A stretch of DNA of 64,000 nt from Alphaproteobacteria bacterium (GCA_963665325.3 OZ224045.1:2503575-2567574), one strand, 5' to 3'. Positions 18,938 to 29,747 are shown, counted from the first letter of the stretch. Numbers and translations: made by a program. The notes: generated from the sequence alone by a model not told the origin.

Positions 18938-19969
18938 CTATGAGGCGCCGGCGACGACTGCATGCGGCGGCACACAGTCGTCGCCGACCAAATGGCAGGA
19001 GACCAGATGCCCCTTGCGTACTTCGCGCAGGGCCGGCTTTTCGCGGTGGCATCGGTCCACGGCGAAAGGACAGCGCGGCGCGAAACGGCAGCCGGGCGGC
19101 GGGTCGATGGGATTGGGCGGGTCGCCCTGGAGGCGGACCCGGCTGTCCTTCCCGCTGGTGCGGCGTCTCGCCGATGGCACTGCCGAAATCAACGCCCACG
19201 TGTAGGGATGCAGCGGGAGGGTGAAGAGCGAGACACGGTCCGACTGTTCGACGATCTCGCCGAGATACATGACCGCGATGTCGTCGCAGATATGCTGCAC
19301 CACGCCGAGGTCGTGGGAGATGAACAGGTAGGTCAGGCCGAACCCGTCCTGCAATTCGCGCAGCAGGTTCAGAATCTGGGCCTGGATCGCCACATCGAGG
19401 GCGGATACCGGTTCGTCGCAGACGATCAGCTCCGGCTGGGTCGCAAGCGCCCTTGCCACGCCGATGCGCTGGCGCTGTCCGCCCGAGAACTGATGGGGGA
19501 AGAGGGCCCTCTGTTCGGGCCTCAGGCCCACCCGGCGGAATAATTCGGCAACCCGGCCGTCACGTTCGCCCGGTCCGCCGACGCCCATGAGGTCCATGGG
19601 CTCGCGTACGATGGCGCCGGCCCGCATGCGTGGATTGAGGGACGAATAGGGATCCTGGAAAACGATCTGGATCTTGCGACGGATTTCGCGCAGCGCGTCT
19701 CCCGCCAGGGTCGTCATTTCGACGCCGTCCAGCTCGATCGATCCGCCGGTGATGGGCACCAGCCGCATGGCGGCAAGCGCAGCTGTGGTTTTGCCCGATC
19801 CGCTCTCGCCGACGATGCCGAAGGTCGAACCCCGGCGTACCTTGTAACTGATGCCATCCACGGCATGGACCGTGCCGCCGGGAGTCACCATATTGCGGCG
19901 CGGCAGGCGGAAATGGACCTTGAGATCCCGGACCTCGAGCAGGCCATCGCCGCCAGCATCCGCAGTCAT
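18938..19969 (-). CDS. Peptide/nickel-type ABC transporter ATP-binding subunit (OppF-like)
   Basis: GESGSGKTT, FSGGQRQR, CDEPVSALD, HPYT, GCRFAPRC. Confidence 0.93.
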   Translation of the reverse strand: MTADAGGDGLLEVRDLKVHFRLPRRNMVTPGGTVHAVDGISYKVRRGSTFGIVGESGSGKTTAALAAMRLVPITGGSIELDGVEMTTLAGDALREIRRKIQIVFQDPYSSLNPRMRAGAIVREPMDLMGVGGPGERDGRVAELFRRVGLRPEQRALFPHQFSGGQRQRIGVARALATQPELIVCDEPVSALDVAIQAQILNLLRELQDGFGLTYLFISHDLGVVQHICDDIAVMYLGEIVEQSDRVSLFTLPLHPYTWALISAVPSARRRTSGKDSRVRLQGDPPNPIDPPPGCRFAPRCPFAVDRCHREKPALREVRKGHLVSCHLVGDDCVPPHAVVAGAS

Positions 19970-20967
19970 GCCACGCCCGCCTCGTCATGGAGCCAGCAGG
20001 CGGCGCGGTGGTCTTCGCCGATTTCGAACGGCTGCGGCGCAACGCGCCGGCACCGGTCGGCGGCATGGGCGCAGCGCGGCGCGAAGGAGCAGCCGGCGGC
20101 AAGGTCGGTCAGGGCTGGAACAACGCCCGGGATTTCTGTCAGTGCGCTGCGTTCCGGCGGCGGCACCTCCTCCATGTGTGGCACGCAGGAAATCAGGCCC
20201 TGCGTATACGGGTGCTTCGGGCTGTCCAGAATCTCTTCGGTCGAGGCTTCCTCGACGATGCGGCCGGCATACATGACCATCACGCGGTCAGCCATTTCGG
20301 CGATGACGCCCATGTCGTGGCTGATCAGGATGATGGCCGTGCCCGTCTTTTCCTGCAGCTCCTTCAACAGATCGAAGACCTGCGCCTGAACCGTCACGTC
20401 CAGCGCGGTGGTCGGCTCATCCGCGATCAGCACGCTCGGCTGGCAGGCAAGCGCCATCGCGATCATCACCCGCTGGCGCATCCCGCCCGACATCTGGTGG
20501 GGGAATTCGCGTATGCGGCGTTCGGCGGCGGGGATATGCACGGCCTTCAGCATTTCGACGGCGCGGTCGAGAGAGTCCCTCCGGCCAAGCCCCTCATGCA
20601 GGCGGACGGTCTCGGCGATCTGGTCGCCGATGGAATAAACCGGATTCAGAGAGGTCATCGGCTCCTGGAAAATCATGGAGATGTCCTTGCCGCGCACCTC
20701 CCGCATGCGCTTCTCGGTGACCTGCAGCAGGTCTTCGCCCTTCAGCCGGACCGAGCCGGCCCCGATCCGTCCGGGCGGCACCGGCACCAGGCGCATGATC
20801 GAAAGCGCGGTCATGCTCTTCCCGCAACCGGATTCGCCGACGATTCCAAGCGTCCGGCCGGCTTGCAGCGACAAGGCGATACCGTCGAGCACCCGGGCGA
20901 CGCCATTGCGGGTGCCGAACTCGACCTCCAGGCCTTCGACTTCCAGCAGGGGCGCGCCGGCGTCCAA
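19966..20967 (-). CDS. Peptide/nickel-type ABC transporter ATP-binding subunit (OppD-like)
   Basis: [25 protein letters not shown]; TTG start. Confidence 0.93.
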   Translation of the reverse strand: MDAGAPLLEVEGLEVEFGTRNGVARVLDGIALSLQAGRTLGIVGESGCGKSMTALSIMRLVPVPPGRIGAGSVRLKGEDLLQVTEKRMREVRGKDISMIFQEPMTSLNPVYSIGDQIAETVRLHEGLGRRDSLDRAVEMLKAVHIPAAERRIREFPHQMSGGMRQRVMIAMALACQPSVLIADEPTTALDVTVQAQVFDLLKELQEKTGTAIILISHDMGVIAEMADRVMVMYAGRIVEEASTEEILDSPKHPYTQGLISCVPHMEEVPPPERSALTEIPGVVPALTDLAAGCSFAPRCAHAADRCRRVAPQPFEIGEDHRAACWLHDEAGVA

Positions 20968-20970
20968 GCG

Positions 20971-21852
20971 TCAACGCTCCCGGAGCCGGGGGTTGAAAGC
21001 GTCGTTGAGCCCGTCCCCGATCAGGCTGACGGCAAGCACGGTAAAGAAAATCGCAACGCCGGGAATGGTTACCGTCCAAGGGGCGTCCAGCAGGTAGTCG
21101 CGGTTGTCGCCGATCAGCTTGCCCCAGCTCATCACATTGGGATCGCTAAGCCCGAGGAAGCTGAGCGCAGCCTCGAACAGGATGGCGATGCCGACGGTGA
21201 GCGCGGCATTGACGATCAGCGGCGGCAGGGCGTTGGGAAGGATTACACGCCAGATGATGCGACGGTCGCGGGACCCGATGGAGCGCGCGGCCTTTACGAA
21301 TTCCAGCTCGCGGATACGCATGAATTCGGCCCGTGCAAGACGCGCCACGCCGGTCCAGGTCACGACGCCAATGGCGATGGCGACGGTGGTGAGCGTCGGC
21401 GAGAACAGCGATACCAGCACCATCGCAAGCAGCAGCGGCGGCAGTACCTGGAAGAACTCGGTGATGCGCATCAATACTTCATCGACCCAGCCCCGGTAGT
21501 AGCCGGCGAGTGAGCCGATGGTGAGGCCGATGACGATGGTGAGCGCCGCCGCCGAAGCGCCCACTACCAGGGTTGCGCGTGCCCCGTAGAGGATTGCCGT
21601 CAGCATGTCGCGGCCCAGATTGTCGGTGCCGAGTATGTAGCCGTCCTGGCCCGGCGGCGTGAACGGCATCCACACCATCTCGAAGGGGTCCACAGCCAGG
21701 ATCAAGGGCGCGAAAAGCGCCGCGAAGACGATTGTAGAGAAGACCAGGAAACCCGCGACCGCCGCCCAATTGCGCACATACATGCGCAGGAACTCAAAGA
21801 CGGGACGCTCGACGCGGACTGTCTCGGGCCCGGTTGTGTGCAGGTCCCTCAT
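20971..21852 (-). CDS. ABC transporter permease (OppC-like)
   Basis: LGTDNLGRD, EFVKAARSIG (EAA loop), EAALSFLGL. Confidence 0.93.
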   Translation of the reverse strand: MRDLHTTGPETVRVERPVFEFLRMYVRNWAAVAGFLVFSTIVFAALFAPLILAVDPFEMVWMPFTPPGQDGYILGTDNLGRDMLTAILYGARATLVVGASAAALTIVIGLTIGSLAGYYRGWVDEVLMRITEFFQVLPPLLLAMVLVSLFSPTLTTVAIAIGVVTWTGVARLARAEFMRIRELEFVKAARSIGSRDRRIIWRVILPNALPPLIVNAALTVGIAILFEAALSFLGLSDPNVMSWGKLIGDNRDYLLDAPWTVTIPGVAIFFTVLAVSLIGDGLNDAFNPRLRER

Positions 21853-22832
21853 GCGTTGCGCGCCGAGCGTATTCGGGGGTCCACGAGGCGGTAGGTGAGG
21901 TCGGTCAGCAGATTGACGACAATGACGATCATGGCGGAGAAGAACAGGATGCCCATGATCGTCGGCGTGTCGCCGCGCAGGATCGACTCGAAGGCCAGCG
22001 TGCCCAGTCCGGGCCAGGTGAACACGGTCTCCACCACCACAGCGCCCGAAAAGATATGGGAGAATTGCAGCCCCGCGATCGTGATGACCGGGATGATCGC
22101 ATTGCGGAGCGCGTGCTTGTAGGTGACGGCGGTTTCGCCCAGACCCTTGGCGCGGGCCGTGCGAATGTAGTCCGAACCGAGCACATCCATCATGCTCGCC
22201 CGCGCGAGTCGGCTATATGCGGCCAGATAGATCGATGACAGCGACAGCACCGGCAGGAACAGGTGGTGCAGCACGTCGAGGTACCAGGTAAGCGTGCCTC
22301 TCGGCGTGGTCGGGTCCACGAGGCCCGAGAGCGGCATGATCTCCAGCATGGCGACGAACAGCACGATCAGCAGGAACGCGGTCCAGAAGACAGGCGCGGA
22401 GAAGCCGACCAAGGCGAGCACGGTGACGAAATGGCTGAACAGCCCGTTCGGCTTTCGGGAGGCGATGACGCCGAACAGCGTGCCGATCAGGATTGCCAGG
22501 ACGAGCGCCGTGATCACCAGCAGCAGGGTCGGCGCGATGCGCCCGAGGATGAGTTCCGTGACTGGCATGTTGAAGTAGTAGGACATGCCTAGGTCGCCTT
22601 GGACCACCTTGCCCACATAGGTCGCCAGCTGGATATGGAACGGCCGGTCGAGCCCGTAGGTGCGGCGGATGTCGGCCATCACCTCTTCGCTGGCGCCGCC
22701 GCTTTCCCCGGCAAGCGTGTCGGCGATATCGCCGGGCACCAGGGACAGGAGGATGAAGTTGAAGACGATAACGGCCAGCAGCAATGCAGCAGCGTAAAAG
22801 AGGCGCTGGGCGATAACGGTCAGGAATGCGAT
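21849..22832 (-). CDS. ABC transporter permease (OppB-like); start non-canonical or uncertain
   Basis: YIRTARAKGL, HALRNA, VETVFTWPGLG; OppB-like N-terminus continues upstream of the TTG at 22784. Confidence 0.88.
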   Translation of the reverse strand: MAFLTVIAQRLFYAAALLLAVIVFNFILLSLVPGDIADTLAGESGGASEEVMADIRRTYGLDRPFHIQLATYVGKVVQGDLGMSYYFNMPVTELILGRIAPTLLLVITALVLAILIGTLFGVIASRKPNGLFSHFVTVLALVGFSAPVFWTAFLLIVLFVAMLEIMPLSGLVDPTTPRGTLTWYLDVLHHLFLPVLSLSSIYLAAYSRLARASMMDVLGSDYIRTARAKGLGETAVTYKHALRNAIIPVITIAGLQFSHIFSGAVVVETVFTWPGLGTLAFESILRGDTPTIMGILFFSAMIVIVVNLLTDLTYRLVDPRIRSARNA

Positions 22833-22864
22833 GACGCGTCTATCCTCGGCTCAAGGTCCCTGTG

Positions 22865-22894
22865 CCGGGGCGAACCAGGGTCGGTTCGCCCCGG
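22865..22894 (-). terminator. Intercistronic hairpin after the solute-binding protein gene
   Basis: Perfect 12-bp IR CCGGGGCGAACC/GGTTCGCCCCGG with a 6-nt loop; no U-tract, so more likely mRNA-stabilising. Confidence 0.55.
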
Positions 22895-22901
22895 TGCCGG
22901 G

Positions 22902-24479
22902 CTACTTGATGTAAATCTCGTCCCACGGTGAGCACACGCCCCAGATGGAATCCACGGGCGGATTACCGATACGGTTGTGATTGAAGACCGTGTGGTAAGG
23001 CGAGGTGTGCAGATAGGCGATGGGCGCCTCATCGACGACCATCTTCTGCATCTCCTGGTAGAGCGCCGCGCGCTTGTCCCGGTCCAGTTCCTTGCCGGCC
23101 TTCTCCATGACGGCATCGACCTCGGCGTTCTGGAACTGCTGGGTGTTGTGCCACGGCACGCCCGGGCGGATGTTCGTGGACTGGTAGGTGCGGTGGACGC
23201 CGATCACCGGGTCGCCCCAGTTGAAGACCGAGTCCATCGTCATATCGAACTCGTGGTTGGAGACGGTCTTGATCCAGGCGCGGAAGTCCGCCGACGCCTT
23301 GATGGTGACGTCGATGCCGACCTTCTTGAGCTGCGCCTTGACGAACTCCGTCTTGCGTTTCCAGGTGCCACCGGCCGGGATGTAGTCAAGCGTGGTGCGG
23401 ATGCGGATGCCGTCCGCATCGGGCGTGTAGCCGGCCTCGTCGAGCAGCGCCTTCGCCTTTTCGACATCGTAGCTATACGGGTTCACGTCCTTCGGGCCGA
23501 ACACGCTGCCCGGATGGATCGGGCCGAGCGAGCGCTGCGCATAGCCGCCATAGAGCACCTTCAGGATGAATTCCTTGTCGATGGCGTAGGCGACGGCTTG
23601 GCGCACGCGCTTGTCGTCGAACGGCTTGCGCTTGGTGTTGAAGGCCAGCCACTCCAGCGGGCCGATGGCCGAATAGCCGTCCGGCGTCAGCGTCAGGTGG
23701 TCGTTCTTCTTCAGCCGGTCGAGGAACGGCGCGTCGGACTCGAAGGCGGTCAGGTCCACGTCACCCTTCTCAAGCGAGATCACGCGGCTCGTCGTCTCGG
23801 AGATCTTCTTGTAGACGATCCGGTCGATATAGGGCTTGCCCTCGAGGAAATAATCCTCGTTGCGCTCCATGATGATGTATTCGCCGGGCTTGAACTCCTT
23901 CAGCTTGAAAGGGCCGGAGCCGACCACGTTCTGGCTGTTTTGCGGATGCTGGCGGATATTGTCGGTGTTTCCGTACACATGCTTGGGAATGACCACGCCG
24001 AGCTGTGAGGAGAACGCCAGAAGGATCGCCGGGTGCGGGCTGCTGAGGTTGAACACTGCGGTTAACGGGTCCGGCGTGTCGATCGACTCCACCGGCGCAT
24101 ACATCGGCTTGAACGGATGATGCTCCTGGTAGGTCTCGATGGAGAACTTTACATCCTCCGACGTGATCTGCTTGCCATCGTGGAAACGGGCATTGTCGCG
24201 CAACTTGACGGTCACCTTGAGGCCGCCGTCGGAGATCTCCCAGCTTTCCGCCAGATAGGGCTTGGGGTTCCACTCGTCGTCGAACCGGAGCAGCGCTGCG
24301 AACAGCTGGGTTCCGGGAATGCCGGTGGGCGTACCGGAGGCAATCGTCGGATTGAAATGTCCGGCGATGATCCGGTACGAGAAAGTAAGGGTTCCGCCAC
24401 GCTTGGGCTCCTCTGCCGCCGCCACCGATACAGCCAGCACTGCCGCTGCGGAACTCAGCGCAACCAAAAGCTTTTTCAT
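22902..24479 (-). CDS. ABC transporter substrate-binding protein, family 5
   Basis: Signal peptide MKKLLVALSSAAAVLAVSVAAA, PYLAESWEIS, FHDG, GSGPFK, VRQAVAYAID. Confidence 0.93.
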   Translation of the reverse strand: MKKLLVALSSAAAVLAVSVAAAEEPKRGGTLTFSYRIIAGHFNPTIASGTPTGIPGTQLFAALLRFDDEWNPKPYLAESWEISDGGLKVTVKLRDNARFHDGKQITSEDVKFSIETYQEHHPFKPMYAPVESIDTPDPLTAVFNLSSPHPAILLAFSSQLGVVIPKHVYGNTDNIRQHPQNSQNVVGSGPFKLKEFKPGEYIIMERNEDYFLEGKPYIDRIVYKKISETTSRVISLEKGDVDLTAFESDAPFLDRLKKNDHLTLTPDGYSAIGPLEWLAFNTKRKPFDDKRVRQAVAYAIDKEFILKVLYGGYAQRSLGPIHPGSVFGPKDVNPYSYDVEKAKALLDEAGYTPDADGIRIRTTLDYIPAGGTWKRKTEFVKAQLKKVGIDVTIKASADFRAWIKTVSNHEFDMTMDSVFNWGDPVIGVHRTYQSTNIRPGVPWHNTQQFQNAEVDAVMEKAGKELDRDKRAALYQEMQKMVVDEAPIAYLHTSPYHTVFNHNRIGNPPVDSIWGVCSPWDEIYIK

Positions 24480-24957
24480 ATTCCTGTCCTCCCCATGGGC
24501 TCTCGGTCCCGTCCTGACGGCCGGACTTGTCTTGAGGCGGTAGCAGCCTCGGAACCGCTAGCATCCTCGAAGGTCGCGGATTTCTTGTCAACGGCGCGGC
24601 ACCTGCCGGCGCCGGGGCTTATCTTCCTAGCGCACGAACCCTCCTGTAGAACGAGCCTTTAGGCTCGGACAGTTGGTTAGAAGGAAATTGCCAGGTGCGC
24701 GGGCATCGGAAGGATCGACGCTGCCTACCGAGGCAGGTCGTGTTTGGATATAGTGCAAAATCCGTGTTGTGCCTTGCCGCGACGAGGTTCTGTACAGGCG
24801 CGATGGCTAGTGACAGGAAGGTCGATTCAAGGAGGTGCCGGCGGCACGGAGAGCGATCGAAACATGTGCTAATCCGGTTGTCAGGGAGTCCGAATGGGTG
24901 GCGGCACTTTAGATGCGCGGCAAGGCACCGGGATACAGACTTACCCGGGAGGAAAAG

Positions 24958-25959
24958 ATGGAATTCGGTATAACTTTCAAGGGGTTCATTGAGCCTGACC
25001 GCGCGCGCACCTTGGTGCGGCAGGCCGAGGATACGGGCTTTGCCTATTGCTGGTTCTACGACAGCCACATCCTCTGGCGGGAGAGCTATCCGGCGATGGC
25101 CATGTGCATGGAGCACACGAAGACGCTCCGCTTCGGCCCGTGCGTGACAAATCCCAACACGCGGGATTGGTCTGCAGCGGCTTCGCTCTTCGGGTCGCTG
25201 GCGCTGCAGTCGAACGGGCGCTTCGACATCGGCGTGGGCCGCGGCGACAGCGCCGTCAGGGTTATGGGCCGGCGGCCTTCTTCGCTGGCCCGGATGGAAG
25301 AATTCATCGACGTGGTCCGCGCGCTCGTGCGCGGCGACGAAGTCACGTACGGCAATGTGCCCAATCCGATGCAATTCCCCTGGGCAACCGGCTACGAGCT
25401 CCCCGTCTGGGTCGCAGCCTACGGCCCCAAGGCGTTGAACTCGGCAGGCCGGGTCGGCGACGGGCTGGTGCTTCAAATCGCCGAGCCCGCGATCTGCAAA
25501 TGGCTCGCCGACCAGGCGATTGCTGCGGGCAAGGCGGCAGGGAGAGATATGTCGGACTACCGTGTCATGTCCGCCGCGCCGGCCTACTTCGGCGACCGAG
25601 AAACATGCCGGGAAGCGACACGCTGGTTTCCGGCCATGGTCGGCAATCATGTGGCGGACATCGTGGAGAGATACGGCACCGATCGCGAGGACATTCCGCC
25701 ATCGCTGACGGCCTATATTGAAGGCCGCAGGGGCTATGACTACCTGAAGCACGGACAGAGCGACAACGCCTATCTCGACTTCATAACCGACGACGTTATC
25801 GACGGGTTCAGCGTGCTCGGCACGCCTGAAGAACATGTCGCCAAGCTGGAGGAGCTGGAGGCGGCCGGTGTCACCCAGTTCAACATCTATCTCGACAATG
25901 GGGACGAAGAAGAAATCATCGCCGAATACGGCAGGTCGATCATTCCGAGCTTCCGGTAG
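24958..25959 (+). CDS. Luciferase-like (LLM-class) oxidoreductase, resembling the pyrimidine-cluster-associated family
   Basis: MEFGITFK, WFYDSHILWRE, GPCVTNP, GRGDSA, VAAYGPKAL; GGGAGG RBS. Confidence 0.85.
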   Translation: MEFGITFKGFIEPDRARTLVRQAEDTGFAYCWFYDSHILWRESYPAMAMCMEHTKTLRFGPCVTNPNTRDWSAAASLFGSLALQSNGRFDIGVGRGDSAVRVMGRRPSSLARMEEFIDVVRALVRGDEVTYGNVPNPMQFPWATGYELPVWVAAYGPKALNSAGRVGDGLVLQIAEPAICKWLADQAIAAGKAAGRDMSDYRVMSAAPAYFGDRETCREATRWFPAMVGNHVADIVERYGTDREDIPPSLTAYIEGRRGYDYLKHGQSDNAYLDFITDDVIDGFSVLGTPEEHVAKLEELEAAGVTQFNIYLDNGDEEEIIAEYGRSIIPSFR

Positions 25960-26044
25960 TTGAGCAGCCCGACTTTCCGCTTGACCCGTCCAGGGAGCTT
26001 GATAGCGTCGAGTTTGCCAACCGATCCAAGAGAGTGAGGTGCCC

Positions 26045-27295
26045 ATGCCCGCCCCTGGGGAGAACCTTAAGATCAACGGCGAGCGGCTCTGGGGCAGCCT
26101 GATGGAGATGGCGAAGATCGGCCCCGGCGTGGCAGGCGGCAACAACCGCCAGACACTGACCGATGAGGACGGCGTGGGCCGCGCGCTGTTTCAGGAATGG
26201 TGCGAGGCCGCCGGTTGCGAGATGGGTCTCGACCGCATGGGCAACATGTTCGCGACGCGGGCTGGCACGGATCCGGAGGCATTGCCGGTCTATGTGGGCA
26301 GCCATCTGGATACGCAGCCGACCGGCGGCAAGTACGATGGCGTGCTGGGCGTGCTGGGCGGGCTCGAAATCGTCCGGACCCTCAATGAACTGGGAATCAG
26401 GACGAAGCACCCGATCGTGGTCACCAACTGGACCAACGAGGAAGGAACCCGTTACGCGCCGCCGATGCTGTCTTCAGGCGTCTTCGCCGGCATCCACACC
26501 GAGGACTGGGCCTACGGACTGACTGACGCGGAAGGCAAGCGCTTCGGCGACGAGCTGCAGCGCATCGGCTGGCGCGGCGAGGAAAAAACCGGCGCCCGCA
26601 AGATACATGCCTATTTCGAGCTGCATATCGAGCAGGGCCCGATCCTGGAGGCCGAGGAGTGCGATATAGGCGTCGTCACCCACGGCCAGGGGCTCCGCTG
26701 GATCGAGTGCCGGATAACGGGGAAGGAAAGCCACACGGGCTCCACGCCCATGCGGATGCGCCGCAATGCGGGGCGCGGGCTGGCGCAGATAACCGAACTG
26801 GTCCACGAAGTCGCGATGAAGCACCAGCCCAACGCGGTCGGCGCCATCGGGCATGTCGATGTCTATCCGAACTCGCGCAACATCATTCCGGGCCGGGTCG
26901 TCTGCACGATCGACTTTCGCAGCCATGTTCTGGAGACGCTCGAAGGCATGGTGGCCGAGGTTATGGAGAAGGCTCCGAAGCTCTGCGAGGCGCTGGGCTG
27001 CGAGATCGAGACGGAGATCGTCGGCAGCTTCGACCCGCCCGAGTTCCATCATGGCTGCGTCAAGGCTGTGCGCGATGCGGCCGAGCGGCTGGGCTATTCC
27101 CACATGGACATCATCTCGGGCGCCGGCCACGACGCCTGCTGGATCAACAATGTCGCGCCGGCGGCGATGGTGATGTGCCCCTGCGTGGATGGGCTGAGCC
27201 ACAACGAAGCCGAGGAGATCACGCCGGAATGGGCCGCCAGGGGCTGTGATGTGCTCTTCCATGCGGTGGTCGAGACCGCGGAACTTTTGGACTGA
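26045..27295 (+). CDS. Zn-dependent amidohydrolase (beta-ureidopropionase / N-carbamoylase, M20)
   Basis: GSHLDTQPTGGKYDG, WTNEEG, ELHIEQGP, SGAGHDA, SHNEAE; next to dihydropyrimidinase. Confidence 0.92.
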   Translation: MPAPGENLKINGERLWGSLMEMAKIGPGVAGGNNRQTLTDEDGVGRALFQEWCEAAGCEMGLDRMGNMFATRAGTDPEALPVYVGSHLDTQPTGGKYDGVLGVLGGLEIVRTLNELGIRTKHPIVVTNWTNEEGTRYAPPMLSSGVFAGIHTEDWAYGLTDAEGKRFGDELQRIGWRGEEKTGARKIHAYFELHIEQGPILEAEECDIGVVTHGQGLRWIECRITGKESHTGSTPMRMRRNAGRGLAQITELVHEVAMKHQPNAVGAIGHVDVYPNSRNIIPGRVVCTIDFRSHVLETLEGMVAEVMEKAPKLCEALGCEIETEIVGSFDPPEFHHGCVKAVRDAAERLGYSHMDIISGAGHDACWINNVAPAAMVMCPCVDGLSHNEAEEITPEWAARGCDVLFHAVVETAELLD

Positions 27296-27365
27296 GGCAA
27301 ACCCGGCGGACGGGGACGAACCGAGCGGGCCCGGTCCCGGGAGCGAGATGTAGCGGAGGCCTCGA

Positions 27366-28826
27366 ATGAGCAAAGTCATCAAGGGCGGCACGGTCCTGAC
27401 TGCAGACCGGACCTGGAAGGCCGATGTCCTGATCGAGGGCGAGAAGATCGCCGCTATCGGCGAGAACCTGAAGGGCGACGAGGTCGTCGACGCTTCGGAA
27501 GCCTATGTGATCCCTGGCGGCATCGACCCGCACACGCATTTGGAAATGCCGTTCATGGGCACGACAGCCGCGGAGACTTTCGAGTCCGGCACATGGGCGG
27601 CGGCGACCGGCGGGACCACCATGCTGGTGGATTTCGTGCTGCCGGGCGAGGACGGCTCGCTGCTCAGCGCCGTCGACTCCTGGGACGCCAAGTCGAAGGA
27701 CCAGATTTGCGTCGATATCGGCTACCACTGTGCGATCGTCGACTGGAACGAGCAGATCCACAACGAGATGGCCGAGGTCGTCAGGCGTGGGATCAACACC
27801 TTCAAGCACTTCATGGCCTACAAGGGCGCGCTGATGATCGACGACGACGAGATGTTCGCCTCGTTCCGTCGTTGCGCCGCGCTCGGCGCGATGCCGCTCG
27901 TCCATGCCGAGAACGGCGACGTGGTGGCGGCGCTGCAGGAAAAATACATGGAGGAAGGCCTTACCGGACCCGAGGGGCACGCCTATTCGCGCCCGCCGGA
28001 GGTCGAGGGCGAGGCTGCCAACCGCGCGATCATGATTGCCGATGCGGCGGGCGTGCCGCTCTACATCGTGCATGTCTCCTGCGAGCAGGCGCACGAGGCC
28101 ATCCGGCGCGCGCGCCAGAAGGGCATGCGGGTTTATGGCGAGCCGCTGATCCAACATCTCACACTCGATGAGTCGGAGTATTTCGACCAGGACTGGGACT
28201 ATGCCGCGCAGCGGGTCATGTCGCCGCCCTTCCGCGGCAAGGTGCACCAGGACGGGCTCTGGGCCGGCTTGGCGGCGGGCTCCCTGCAGGTGGTGGCGAC
28301 CGACCACGCCGCCTTCACCACAGATCAGAAGCGCATGGGCCTTGCCGGCTTCCCGATGATCCCGAACGGGACCGGTGGGCTCGAGGACCGGATGCCGGTC
28401 CTTTGGACGAAAGGCGTCGATACGGGCCGCCTGACGCCCAACGAGTTCGTGGCGTGCACATCGACCAATATCGCCAAGATACTCAACGTCTATCCGAGGA
28501 AAGGCGCCATCGTCGAAGGGGCGGATGCCGATGTCGTGGTCTGGGATCCGAAGATCAAGAAGACGATCTCCGCCACCACCCAGAAGTCGATCATCGACTA
28601 CAACGTCTTCGAGGGCGTCGAGGTCTTGGCCCAGTCGCGCTATACGCTGAGCCGCGGCGAGGTGATCTGGGAGCATGGCAGGAACTCGCAGCCCCGCCCC
28701 GGCCGCGGGCGGTTCGTGCGTCGCCGGGCCTTTCCGGCGGTGCATGAGGCGCTTGCCCGCTGGAAGGAGCTGACCGCGCCGCGGAAGGTCCAGCGCGACC
28801 CGCTGAATATCCCGAGCGGGGTTTGA
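27366..28826 (+). CDS. hydA: Dihydropyrimidinase
   Basis: PGGIDPHTHLEMPFMG, NTFKHFMAYKG, VHAENGD, VMSPP, ATDH. Confidence 0.95.
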   Translation: MSKVIKGGTVLTADRTWKADVLIEGEKIAAIGENLKGDEVVDASEAYVIPGGIDPHTHLEMPFMGTTAAETFESGTWAAATGGTTMLVDFVLPGEDGSLLSAVDSWDAKSKDQICVDIGYHCAIVDWNEQIHNEMAEVVRRGINTFKHFMAYKGALMIDDDEMFASFRRCAALGAMPLVHAENGDVVAALQEKYMEEGLTGPEGHAYSRPPEVEGEAANRAIMIADAAGVPLYIVHVSCEQAHEAIRRARQKGMRVYGEPLIQHLTLDESEYFDQDWDYAAQRVMSPPFRGKVHQDGLWAGLAAGSLQVVATDHAAFTTDQKRMGLAGFPMIPNGTGGLEDRMPVLWTKGVDTGRLTPNEFVACTSTNIAKILNVYPRKGAIVEGADADVVVWDPKIKKTISATTQKSIIDYNVFEGVEVLAQSRYTLSRGEVIWEHGRNSQPRPGRGRFVRRRAFPAVHEALARWKELTAPRKVQRDPLNIPSGV

Positions 28827-28888
28827 GCACGACGGGAGCGGGACCGCCCGGTTCGGGCGTTTCGCCGGAACCGGAGCGGCGGTATGCG

Positions 28889-29674
28889 ATGCACAAGACA
28901 GGTGCGATAACCGCCTCGTCGCTCGATCTGGTGTTCCAGACCAATGACGGTCCTGTCCATGCGCTATCGAATATCGACCTGGAGGTGGCGGCGGGCGAAT
29001 TCGTCAGCTTCATCGGGCCCTCGGGGTGCGGGAAGACGACGCTGCTGCGCGTGATCGCGGACCTGGAGCAGCCGACGGGCGGCACGATCTCCGTCAATGG
29101 AATGACACCGGCAGAGGCGCGGCTGAACCGCGCCTATGGCTACGTCTTCCAAGCGGCCGGGCTCTACCCGTGGCGCACGATCGAGAAGAATGTGCGCCTG
29201 CCACTGGAGGTCATGGGCTACCCGGCCAAGGAGCGGGCCGGGCGGGTCGCGCGTGTTCTCGACCTCGTCGGCCTCGGCGACTTCGCTCGCATGTTCCCCT
29301 GGCAGCTCTCGGGGGGCATGCAGCAACGGGCCTCGATCGCGCGCGCGCTCGCCTTCGACGCGGACCTGCTACTGATGGACGAGCCTTTCGGCGCACTCGA
29401 CGAGATCGTGCGGGACCACCTGAACGAGCAGTTGCTGGCGCTCCATGCGCGCACCGGGAAAACGGTCTGTTTCGTCACCCATTCGATCCCGGAGGCGGTT
29501 TACCTCTCGACCCGGATCGTGGTGATGAGCCCGCGGCCGGGGCGGATAATCGATTTGATCGAGAGCCCGTTGCCGGCGGAGCGCCCGCTCGACATACGCG
29601 AGAGTGCGGCCTTTCTGGAACTGGCCGCGCGGGTGCGCGAAGGGCTGCGCGCGGGGCACAGCTACGACGAGTGA
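28889..29674 (+). CDS. NitT/TauT-type ABC transporter ATP-binding subunit (pyrimidine uptake)
   Basis: GPSGCGKTT, LSGGMQQR, LMDEPFGALD, FVTHSIPEA. Confidence 0.92.
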   Translation: MHKTGAITASSLDLVFQTNDGPVHALSNIDLEVAAGEFVSFIGPSGCGKTTLLRVIADLEQPTGGTISVNGMTPAEARLNRAYGYVFQAAGLYPWRTIEKNVRLPLEVMGYPAKERAGRVARVLDLVGLGDFARMFPWQLSGGMQQRASIARALAFDADLLLMDEPFGALDEIVRDHLNEQLLALHARTGKTVCFVTHSIPEAVYLSTRIVVMSPRPGRIIDLIESPLPAERPLDIRESAAFLELAARVREGLRAGHSYDE

Positions 29675-29747
29675 AGCTCCAGTTCCGGAACGCTATCCGG
29701 CAAACCTGGGCCGGGACGGCGGGCCTGCCGCCGCCCGGCCTATCGCG

